Below are positions 1 through 10,684 of a stretch of DNA of 64,000 nucleotides, piece after piece. Under the pieces are notes generated by a model. That model was not told where the DNA came from. It saw only the letters and a program-made list of their open reading frames with translations, and ran no database searches. This DNA comes from Eutreptiella sp. 'Long Island Sound 2002' (taxonomy: Eukaryota; Protista; Euglenida). Both the position numbers and the translations under genes were made by a program. How positions within the stretch are numbered: the first letter of the stretch is position 1; each line of letters begins with the position of its first letter. The stretch is from positions 162,254,001-162,318,000 of the forward strand of contig OZ038378.1 in NCBI GenBank assembly GCA_964036045.1, read 5' to 3'.

Positions 1-630
1 GTGGGTGTGGGTGTGGGTGTGGGTGTGGGTGTAGGTGTGGGTGTGGGTGTGGGTGTGGGTGTGTGTCTGCAAGCTGTGTTGTGTGTGGATTTGGTTGTGG
101 TTGTGTCAGTGTGTGTGGCCCTGGCTGTGGCGAAGGCTGCAGTTGCAGCTTTCACTGTGGCTGCAGCTGTTCTTTGGGTGTAGCTGTGGGGGGGGGGGGT
201 GGTAAAGGACTACAAAGAGGGGGGCTGAAATCACCATCCACCCCCTCCCAAAAAAGACCGCACCAAGTTTACAGTGACAGTGTACAGTGACAGTGTACAA
301 TGACAGTGTATAGTGAGAGCATACAGTGCGTGTAGAGTGACAGTGTAGAGTGCTAGTATAGAGACTTGGGCGTTGTGGCGGACGTACTGTGTGTGGGGAT
401 ACATTCTATGAGACCTTGGGGAGTACAGTGTACAGAGTACAGTGTACAGTGTACAGTGTACAGTGACAATGTACAGTGATAGTGTATAGTGACAGTGTGC
501 AGTGGCAGTGACAGCGTACAGTGCCAGAATACAGTGTACCATGTACAGTGACAGTAGATAGTGACACCATTGACCGTGTACATGGACAGTGTACAGTGAC
601 AGTGTACAGTGACAGTGTACAGTGACAGTG

Positions 631-819
631 AACCATGAGTGAGCCCTCACTGAGCGCTCACTGAGCCATTTGGCGCGCTCAGTGAGCGCTCACTGAGCCA
701 TTTGGCGCGCTCACTGAGCGCTCACTGAGCGCTCACTGAGCGCGCGAAACGGCGCAGTGAGCGCTCAGTGAGCGCGCCAAATGGCTCAGTGAGCGCTCAG
801 TGAGGGCTCACTCATGGTT
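631..819. repeat. Hairpin cassette H1: array of CTCACTGAGCG/CGCTCAGTGAG 11-mers bounded by AACCATGAGTGAGCCCT...AGGGCTCACTCATGGTT
   Basis: Perfect terminal inverted repeats and internal palindromes such as CAGTGAGCGCTCACTG, read directly. Confidence 0.95.
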
Positions 820-2359
820 CACTGTCACTGTACACTGTCATTGCACACTGTGTATTGCACACTGCACACCGCACACTGTGTATTGCACACTGCACACTGC
901 ATACTGTGTATTGCACACTGCACACTGCACACTGTGTGTTACAAATTGCACACTGCACACTGCAATGCACACTGCACACTGTAATGCACACTGCACACCC
1001 TGTAATGCACACTGCGCACTGTGTATTGCACACTGCACACTGCACAGTGCACCGTGTGCAGTGTGCAATACCCAGTGTGCAGTGGCACAGTGCACACTGC
1101 GCAGTGCACCGTGTGCAGTGTGCAATGCCCAGTGTGCATCGTGCAGTGTGCAATACACGGTGTGCAGTGTGCATTACACAGCGTGTAGTGTGCAATGTAC
1201 ACTGCGCACTGCACACCGTGTACTGCACACTGCACACTGTAATGCACACTGCACGCTGTGTATTGCACACTGCACACTGTAATGCACACTGCACACTGTG
1301 TCATGCACACTGCACACTGTGCATTACAAACTGCACACAGCACGCTGTCATGCACACTGCACACTGCAGTATTGCACACTGCACACTGCACACTGTGTGT
1401 TACAAATTGCACACTGCAATGCACACTGCACACGGTGTATTGCACACTGCACACTGTATACTGTGTATTGCACAGTGCACACTGCATACTGTGTATTGCA
1501 CTGTGTGTTACAAATTGCACAACGCACACTGTAATGCACACTGCACACTGTGTAATACACTCTGCACACTGTGTATTGCACACTGCACACTGCACGCTGT
1601 GTATTGCACACTGCACACTGCACACTGCACACTGTGTGTAGTGTGCACTACACAGGGTGTAGTATGCCGTGTGTGATGTAATCCACACGGCACACCGTGT
1701 AATGCACACTCCACACTGTGTCATGCACACTACACCCTGCACCGTGTGTATTGCACATTGGGTATTGCACAGTGCACCGTGTGCAGTGTGCAATACCCAG
1801 TGTGCATTACGCAGGGTGCGGTGTGTAGTGTGCAATACACAGTGTGCAGTGTGCATTACAGTGTGCAGTGTGCAATTTGTATTGCACAGTGTGCAGTGTG
1901 CAGTGTGCAATACACAGTGTGCGGTGTGCATTACAGTGTGCAGTGTGCAATACACAATGTGCAGTGTGCAATACACAGTGTGCAGTGTGCATTACAGTGT
2001 GCAGTGTGCAATACACAATGTGCAGTGTGCAATACAGAGTGTGCAGTGCGCAGGGTGCAGTACACAGTGTACACTGCGCACTACACACTGTGTAATGCAC
2101 ACTGCACACTGTGTCATGCACACTGCACACCGTACAGTGCAAGCATTTGGGCGCTCAGTGTGCAGTGTGCAATACACAGTGCGCAGTGTGCATTACAGGG
2201 TGTGCAGTGTGCATTACAGTGTGCAGTGTGCAATTTGTAACACACAGTGTGCAGTGTGCAGTGTGCAATACACGGTATGCAGTGTGCAGTGTGCAATACA
2301 CAGTGTGCAGTGTGCAGTGTGCAATACACAGTGTGCAATGACAGTGTACAGTGACAGTG

Positions 2360-2505
2360 AACCATGAGTGAGCCCTCACTGAGCGCTCACTGAGCCATTT
2401 GGCGCGCTCACTGAGCGCTCACTGCGCCGTTTCGCGCGCTCACTGAGCGCTCAGTGAGCGCGCCAAATGGCTCAGTGAGCGCTCAGTGAGGGCTCACTCA
2501 TGGTT
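2360..2505. repeat. Hairpin cassette H2 (shorter copy of H1, same termini)
   Basis: Same termini and 11-mer units as 631-819, with fewer units. Confidence 0.95.
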
Positions 2506-4397
2506 CACTGTCACTGTACACTGTCACTGTACACTGTCACTGTACACTGTCCATGTACACTGTCAATGGTGTCACTATCTACTGTCACTGTACATGGTAC
2601 ACTGTATTCTGGCACTGTACGCTGTCACTGCACACTGCACACTGCCACTGCACACTGTCACTATACACTGTCACTGTACATTGTCACTGTACACTGTACA
2701 CTGTACACTGTACACTGTACTCTGTACACTGTACTCCCCAAGGTCTCATAGAATGTATCCCCACACACAGTACGTCCGCCACAACGCCCAAGTCTCTATA
2801 CTAGCACTCTACACTGTCACTCTACACGCACTGTATGCTCTCACTATACACTGTCATTGTACACTGTCACTGTACACTGTCACTGTAAACTTGGTGCGGT
2901 CTTTTTTGGGAGGGGGTGGATGGTGATTTCAGCCCCCCTCTTTGTAGTCCTTTACCACCCCCCCCCCCCACAGCTACACCCAAAGAACAGCTGCAGCCAC
3001 AGTGAAAGCTGCAACTGCAGCCTTCGCCACAGCCAGGGCCACACACACTGACACAACCACAACCAAATCCACACACAACACAGCTTGCAGACACACACCC
3101 ACACCCACACCCACACCCACAACCAAAGCCGCAACCACAGCCACTACCATAACCACACCAAGAACGACAGCTACCACAACAGCCATGGCAACAACCGTAC
3201 GCAAGCCCGGAACCACAGCCACAACCACAAACACAAGCATACCTGCGTCTGCAGCCACAAACACAATGTTATGCGCACACAATCAAAGCCTATGCCACAC
3301 AACACCAAAACCAACAACAGGATCCAAAACAACAGCTGCAACACACACACACACACACCTGCGCGTACACACATTCACGAATCCACATACACGCACGAAC
3401 CTAGGCAACCAGAAACCAAAGAACGCAGTCACACACTCACAACCACTCACACACAAAGACACCTTCACTCACGCATCGATCCATGCAACCCCCCCCCCCC
3501 CCCCACACACACACAAGCAGACATACAAACACACTAAATGAGAGAAACCAAGAACGAACAAACCATCTATAGCTGCGCACATGCGCATGGGCACAACTAC
3601 ACACGCACGCAAGCACGCACACACGCACCCACACACATAATAGCACAACATACCTGCAAAGGTCATCGTCCTTGCCGCCACCATCATGCATGTGATGCCA
3701 TGGCCAAAAAATAGGAAAGGTAGGACAAAGGGGACGGGACAGGCAAGAGAACAGAAGGGCTACGCACGAGGGAAGCGGGGGAACGCAGCATAACGAAAGG
3801 GGAGGGGAGGGGACAAGGAGGGAGGGGTATCAATGTGTTATGGTGTAGGTCACGATGGTTGTATGATCAACCTCACAAAAGCGAGCAATATCCTCTGTGC
3901 CCTATTTGTGCTTCATGGCGCGCGCGCCCGTGTGTGTGTGTGTGTCTGGGGGGGGGGGGGTGCCATTGTCATGAGGCAACAAGGAACACCCTCGCAAATG
4001 GTTAGGTTCATATCCCCAAACCCCAACCCCGTAACCATCTCTCCCTAGCCCTTCACTTCACATGGTTCAATGTGGCCATGTGTTTATGTACACGCAAGAT
4101 AATTGCACACAAGAATGAATGTGGTTGTCAATTTGTGCATGTGCATGTGTGTGTGGACGTGTGTATGGTGTATGTGTGTGTATGTGTTTGGATATTTGTG
4201 TCCCTGACGAAGTGTGTGTGTTTGGATGTTTGTGTGTTTGTCGCCACGGGTACATGTATGCAAGTATGTATGTGTGCATGCACGCTCAAGTTCTTGGAGA
4301 AAAGACGTGGTGAGAACTGCGGACCAATGTTGGTGTGAAAAGGGTGAAGTGTGGGCCAGCAAGGGTGGGAAGAGAGGGCGGAAAGGGGGAGAAACTC

Positions 4398-4560
4398 CTG
4401 AGTGAGCCCTGAGTGAGCCCCCAATTAGCTCTCAGTGAGCGCTCACTGAGCGCTCACTGAGCCATTTGGCGCGCTCAGTGAGCGCTCAGTGAGCGCTCAG
4501 TGAGCCGGCTCAGTGACGGCTCAGTGACGGCTCAGTCGGGTGCTCAGTCAACTGAGCCGT
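4398..4560. repeat. Third CTCAGTGAGCG cassette (H3), degenerating rightwards into GGCTCAGTGAC units
   Basis: TGAGTGAGCCCT at 4399-4410, followed by GCTCACTGAGCCATTTGGCGCGCTCAGTGAGCG identical to H1. Confidence 0.9.
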
Positions 4561-4710
4561 CGAAAAAAAGAAACCCCCCCGGTCAAATCCTCTTGGCCTA
4601 GGGATTGGTGTCCCTTTGGGGACATTCCAAAACCCCAACCCAACCCCGAAAGCCACAACTTTTCACATGAAACCCCTTGAAAAACACCACTTAGCCCCAA
4701 ATGAGCCGTT

Positions 4711-5460
4711 TTAGCCCCAACTGAGCCCCAACTTCACATTTCCAAGTGAGCCACAGGTACAAATATCTAAAGGAGCACAAACCCAAACTCTCTGAATACC
4801 TAGGTTGGCAACATCAATACGATCAAACAATGCTCTATGTGAGCGAAAGATGTCATCTGCAACCTTTGGTACCCTGGCCTCAATTTCGGCCAGCTCCGGC
4901 AAACCCGGGTATGCAGGTAGGGCAGTAGTGTGCAAAACAGCAGCAGCTATATAGTTTAGGGTTAAGTCGGGTGAATGGGGATTGGCTCCCGACCTGTAAC
5001 GCCTCAGGTTATCAAACCATATACAAACTTGCCTACGGTGCATGGTGTTCCACAAGTTGTGTGCTGCTAGTCCAGCACGATGTTGAATGGACTCCTGCTT
5101 AGTGTTACACTGACCAAAGACTCCTACCTTGCGGCGTTGGCGGCGGGACATAATACCCCAATTGTAACCAGACCCACAGTTAGAGTATGGGAGGGCCATA
5201 AGACGCAGAAGGCAGTACAGGGCATGGAATTGTGACAAAAATGTCAAGTACCATCGTGGGGGCTTCTTCTCGGTGGTGGCAGCCTTCAACTGTCTCATAG
5301 AGTGCCGGCTCCTGCGATTCTTCCGCAACATGAGGCAGAATTGAAAAAGCTTTTGCAGAGTCCCACCACGTAATGCATTTCGCAACAGCCCTTTGGCTTT
5401 AGTAGCAAAAGCACCAGTAACTGCAGCATGTACGACATTTACAGCAATAGCAGAAGACAT
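4711..5460 (-). CDS. Orphan 249-aa ORF, possibly a transposon-derived protein fragment
   Basis: ATG-started, non-repetitive ORF with protein-like composition (CIWFDNLRRYRSGANPHSPDLTLNYIAAAVLHTTALPAYPGLPEL). A pyrimidine tract plus AG lies 5 nt upstream of the ATG. No family confidently recognised. Confidence 0.4.
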   Translation of the reverse strand: MSSAIAVNVVHAAVTGAFATKAKGLLRNALRGGTLQKLFQFCLMLRKNRRSRHSMRQLKAATTEKKPPRWYLTFLSQFHALYCLLRLMALPYSNCGSGYNWGIMSRRQRRKVGVFGQCNTKQESIQHRAGLAAHNLWNTMHRRQVCIWFDNLRRYRSGANPHSPDLTLNYIAAAVLHTTALPAYPGLPELAEIEARVPKVADDIFRSHRALFDRIDVANLGIQRVWVCAPLDICTCGSLGNVKLGLSWG

Positions 5461-5531
5461 TAATGCTCAGACAAGAAAACAGTTATGTAGGAGTGTAAGG
5501 TGTAATACTCATGAACAATGACGATTGCAAG

Positions 5532-5820
5532 CTAGCTGAAATTTCGGCCAGGTGTGTTCGAAGGGGAAACAACTGCTTATATGTGCAAAAATAGGAAAAG
5601 CTGGCTGAAATTTCGGCTAGACCGACCAAAAACCAGAATATGAGTGCTTGAATAGTGAAGAGACCAAAAACCTGGCCGAAACTTCGGCCAGCCCGAAGAA
5701 AAATGAAAATATCTATGCCTACCAAAAAGCTGGCCGAAATTTCGGCCAGAAGGGTCAAAAACTGCATATGCACATAGTTGTTTGCAGTGTTACCCAAAAG
5801 CTCGCCTCAATTTCGGCGAG
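5532..5820. repeat. Five copies of a 20-bp palindrome (consensus CTGGCCGAAATTTCGGCCAG) separated by 38-51 bp semi-unique A-rich spacers
   Basis: Copies start at 5532, 5601, 5672, 5730 (perfect palindrome) and 5801. Confidence 0.9.
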
Positions 5821-6639
5821 CTTCAAAAAAACGTCAAATACAACACACTAGGAGAAGTGGATACACAAGGCTAACACATCAACACGTATTTCAATGGGTG
5901 TCACACAGCGCTGCCAACAACATTGGTCACATATGTCAAATAGCATACTCAACGTAGAAATGTAGAATGTTCTCACATCGCGCGTATACGGGGTCCTAGA
6001 GGGTGGGCAGCTTGTGAAGTTTTATAGGGGAAGCCCAATGAGATTGGTGTGACGGAAATCGGCAGGCCCTTAAAATCCGGGGATGCGGTAATTTGCCACA
6101 ACCCCTCAAACACTTGGCCGCTTCACGTATCTAAGAACCCAAAGGTGTGTGCAAAGCCGGCTCGTGTCGTCCCGGTGTATACCACTTGCACAATGGACAC
6201 CGAACGACTTGGGCGGCCTTGTGACGATGACCTTCCAGCCATCGTGGGAGCATACCGCAACATGGTGGGGGGGATAGACTAATGCAACGTGTTGGCCCTA
6301 GGCCTCCGTGAATTGCATCTCCATACCACGTGGGCTGCAGCATTACGTTGGTTTATACTGCGCTATGCCCTGGTAAATGCAATGTCCTCAAAACCCAAAC
6401 CGCGAAATTTTGTACGTGGGGAAGGTGCCGTATGTCCGTACGCTTTCTGGGCTAGGGTGTTCGGGTTGCATCCAAGGGTGTTCGGGTTTCATGTGACGTT
6501 CCCCACGTTTTCGTCCAGAAACGTTTTTTATGTTGTAAACTCACAAAGTAGAACACTTTTTCTGTGGATTGTTACCAAAAATGGTACCATTATATGGCTA
6601 AAAATGACATCCACGATGCATTGATCACATTGAGCTATA

Positions 6640-8620
6640 TAATGGGGAAGACAAACTTTCTGAAGCTTTTTTCGTCCGGGCCGCTTCGCGGCCTAATTAC
6701 CGAGGCATCATCACTCCTTAGATTGCCCTTTCCTGGACCCCACTCCCCACGCCGCCTTAGCGGAGCGAAGCCCCCCGCGCGCAAGCCGCATGGCAACTTA
6801 ACAGAGTTCCCGTGTATTGTATATACCTTCAGCCCCTTGGTGGGACTCTATTGTTGATGTACCACAAGTGCATCATACTTAGTGCCGATGGGTGGACTAA
6901 CATTTTTTAAGCTCAATCATTTTCGTGATCCACTTGGTTGTGTGTTACGTGACATGTTGGACACGTTGGAGCGCTTACGCAAACTGAAGTCGAAGCAATT
7001 TCAACGTATGCCCACCATTGATTTTGCGTCTTTACACACCACCATTCGATGGTCCGATCTGTCATGTGCCCATCACAATTGGCGACAATTGCATGGCCTC
7101 AATGTGATGGGAAAAGACATTGTAGAGGAAGAGCGAAGCAGCATGGAAATGTGATACCAACAAGATCCACAAGAGGAGTTTGACTTGCTTAAAGCTTCAT
7201 TTCATTTCTACTCGTTGCACCACTGACCCAACTTGCCGGTGGGGGAATGCTTTTTTAAAATTTGTGTTTTTTCACACGGCTTTGGAGACCCCCGGTTTGG
7301 GGATATTTCTTCACCTCATTGGTTGTCCAATGGGTACTTATTGCGTGCCAACGTGGGCGAACTTGGTACACCGTTGCTACCAACGCGTGCAACCCATTTC
7401 AGATGCACTCATGTTTCGCTTCATTGATCCTGGCATAGTTTTGCATGGAGCACGTTAAACACAAGATGCATTGTTGGCATGACTACAAGCATGTTATCCT
7501 TCCTACTTACGTGTGGGCATTGAAAGTTTCAACCGTGCAGGTAGTTTACCTTTCATGGACCTCTAAATTTTACGATTGCGCCCATTTCGTACGAGTGCAT
7601 ACTCAAACCACCACACATGTGCGCCTACATTCCATGGAACTCAAATACCCCACGGCATGTGAAAAAGGGTTGGATCGTGGGAGAGTGTGTAAGGTTATTG
7701 CCACTATGCTCCCATGATGAATATTATTTGATGTGTTGGTCCCACTTACCGGCCGCACTTGTTCGTCTTCATTATCCCAAACATGTGTATCATGTGCCTG
7801 CGCGCAGTTGGTGTGACCTTGAGAGGTATTTGAAAGCCAAAGTGCGCCCTACGAATGTCGTGCACGTGCTGCGTGTCCCTTTTAATGCTTCCATGCCCAT
7901 TTCTTGGTCGGCCCTCTTTAAACCTAATCGTGGCAAATTTGTAAAGAATTATCTGAATCTCCAGGTACGTGTAACAACAAAGCCGTCTCCTAATGTGCGC
8001 TTATTGTTACGTTCGAAAAGGATGCGTGCAGTTCGCGGTGCCTTGGCTCCTTCATGAGCGGCTGACCATTTTGCAAGGTTGCACGCCAAGCGGTACCGCC
8101 GGCATCGGCGAATGCGATTTTTCACGTTCTGTGCGATGGTTCTATCAATTTTTTCTGGTTGCGAGATTAATTGTATTGTGCACGCAAGTCGTTCCGCGAA
8201 TTCCGGATGGGCGCACGCACTGCGGAGGCACAACGCGACCACGGGCGACTGTTGCACGGATCAGGTTGCTTAAGCAGGTTGGTTCAACATTGTCTTTTTG
8301 CATTCCCCCATCCTATAGTGATGCCATTTTCGATTTTCTTGATTTTTGGGGTGGTGTTAGTCAATGCCTAACTCCATACCCAATGATATCACATTATGTG
8401 TCCCTTTGGTTTGTTGATTGGCCGAGGAGGATCCCTCTAGGGTCGAAACGAGTACTTCACATTGGAGTCAGGTGGACTTGTGCTTAACACTTATCATTCT
8501 TGGTGATTATGGTAGCGGGGTAGCGTGTCTTGAAACTTATTTTATTGAAAAACATTTCCGTGCAAGCGCCAAAAAAATGGAGTTTCAACACATTGCCCAA
8601 GGGCTGAACATCTGCCCGAC
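6640..8620 (+). pseudogene. Decayed Penelope-like element reverse transcriptase (frameshifted), possibly with a C-terminal GIY-YIG relic
   Basis: Ordered motifs across frameshifted ORFs: motif A IDFASLHTTI (~7017), motif B' GCPMGTYCVPTWANL (7321), motif C relic FRFID (~7415), PLE thumb YIPWNSNTPRHVKKGWIVGECVRLLPLCS...LVRLHYP (7617-7790), linker PSPNVRLLL, then LETYFIEK...AQGLN (~8530-8610). Confidence 0.75.
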
Positions 8621-10684
8621 GTTTTTACCTGCACGCGAGAATTGTTGTCCGTGCAGTGCCCATTCTGCACAGATGGGATCTAGCAAAGCATGACACCAAT
8701 CACGGGTCAATTTATCTGCTCTCAACAAGAAGGCAAACGCAAAGCAAGCGCCTATGGACGCGAGTAGACACTACAGAGTGGCCAGTGCCCGGTGCAATGA
8801 GGCAGTGGCATCACTTTTCCTGGTGTGCAAGGGTGCAGGCAGTTGTGCAAGCTCCAAAGGTCATCGACCTCACCAACCATGCCCTAGGAGTCCCAAAAAT
8901 GATAGCGGAAGATCACATTGATGAAATCCCCGTGTTTGCGATGTAACACCTGAAGTGTGTCGGCACAACTCGCGAGTGTGAGCCATCGGTCTACGTGGCC
9001 CCTCCATGATCGGTGTGGGCGGCTATCCTTGGCCCATGTGCCCGCTTAGTGCACGGCAACACTATCAATGGCACGTGCAACAAGTGTGGTGTGCCATTTA
9101 CCTACTCCCTGTCGCACAAGCGCAACCTCTGGCGGCAGCCCGCATAATACGTGGGCTATGCCGCAAGCATGCGAGGCAATCAATGCACATATCCCGCGCG
9201 TGGGCTACAATTCAACTCCTCAAAACTTGGGATGAGGTTTTCGTTGTGGCATGGCATGTGAGGCGGATGTCCTATATGGGGCCATGCCCATGGGCATACC
9301 AATGGGGCCAGCCATGATGGGCGTGTCCCCCATCGAAGCAGCGCATGGCGTGGTGCGGTCATCCACGGACATACCAGCTGCCGTATTCTGGCAATATAGC
9401 AAGAAGCACCAGACACCGTGGTCCGCGTCGACGGCACCTCACAAGGATGGCCTAGGTTTGGTAACAATGTACCTGAATGCGGCGTGCATATATGGTTGCG
9501 GGATCAGTCTCTTGTAGACCCCCGACAAAGGGACACCACCAAATGGTGTGGCAAGCCAAGCGCTCGTTCGGGGTGGCAGTGCGCAAAGAACGCCTCATCA
9601 AACATATGAAGTCGCCCTCATGTGCACACGGTGGCTGCGCCACTCGTTCAAAATTCCATGTTACCATTGCACAGGGCGGGGCCCTGAGCGTGCAGATGGA
9701 AGCCGTGGACAAGAGTGAGTTCACGAACGTCAACGCGATTGGGAATGTGATTGCTCCGGCGGCAACTACGGGTACACCAGCCTCGTAGGATAGTAAGGAA
9801 AAGAACGAGGAGCCGCACAGCGGAGACCACGTAAAGGAGGCAAATGAAATGTTAGCATCATCACCTAGAGCCAGAAGATTCATGGACAAGACCAAGATCT
9901 CGCTATGCCGCAATTTCCACACATGTTCCACCTCAAAAAGGTCAGAGTAGCTAATCTTCCTGAATTCCGGATTGCACGGATCCCTACATGCAAGTCTGCT
10001 AGCAATCGCAAGTCTGTCGCTTTCAGGGAACACGGGTCTCCTCACACAGGTCTGCAGCGCACCATGTATTCACCATGTGGTAACCATACTCAACAACTCT
10101 CGCGGCACGCGCTGCTGTGCAGCACATCACAGGACGAATGTTAGCAGTGCACCACATGTGCGTGACGTAATCGCAGTATACCCTTGACTTAAGTCAACGC
10201 CACTCTGCAAACGTAGGTAGAACCCCGCGAGGATAGGGATAATTGGTCTGTCAATCTATGTTGCGTCAGCATAAGTGGGTGCCAAAAGACCTTTCGAATG
10301 GTCTGAATGATGTATGAGGTCATGGGTTCCCAGCTGTTCAACCATTTTTTCCTAGCCCCACATGTGTTCAATCATACGACCATTGATCCTACCCCCACAT
10401 GTGGTGAATGATTCCATCCCGACCCTATTTGACACAACATGCACAAAAGCAGGTTTTTTTGGCAAACAAAGTTTCACAGCCCTTGGCCACCCAAATGTTC
10501 CGCTGTTCGATTTCATCTTTTTTACCGGGCCGCAAAGAACTGAGAAAATTACGCAGCCACTGGTGCAGCTCGAGCTCCTCGAGCAGATGGGGTTATGTAG
10601 CTTTCTAATTTTGTCTCCCTCAGGGGATTCCATTGACAAGGGCTGTACCACAAGTAGGGAGTTGTTCTTCCGCTATGCCCCCGG

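Larger units (their letters stand above)
1..3130. repeat. Large nested inverted repeat (foldback): arm A (1-630), hairpin cassette, inner arms B/B' (820-2359), hairpin cassette, arm A' (2506-3130); extends past the left window edge
   Basis: Segment 181-290 is the reverse complement of ~2870-2975. The ORF track gives mirror peptides on opposite strands (63..290+ = 2867..3094-; 231..650- vs 2486..2926+; 800..1282+ vs 2155..2379-). Arms are built of CAGTGTA/CAGTGA and TGCACAC short repeats. Confidence 0.95.

Noticed and set aside
1-60. Telomeric repeat
   Set aside because: The unit is GGGTGT, not TTAGGG, and it recurs internally as part of the inverted arm at ~3095-3120.
631-819. Resemblance of the hairpin cassette to the AAV ITR (GCTCACTGAG / CTCAGTGAGCG) and to the symmetric lac operator core GTGAGCGCTCAC
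   Set aside because: Only 10-12 bp match, there is no Rep/capsid or vector sequence nearby, and the motif is embedded in native repeats.
231-2926. Long Cys/His/Thr-rich ORFs (up to 345 aa) resembling metallothionein or keratin-associated proteins
   Set aside because: They are translations of TGCACAC/CAGTGTA repeats, open in several frames on both strands and mirrored by the palindrome.
3002-3541. Thr/Ala-rich mucin-like 179-aa ORF
   Set aside because: It is an ACC/ACA low-complexity tract that is part of the repeated arm, with no start or splice context.
5532-5820. Bona fide CRISPR array
   Set aside because: The context is eukaryotic with no cas genes, the repeats are degenerate, and the spacers are partly related to each other. 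Kept only as a CRISPR-like architecture finding.
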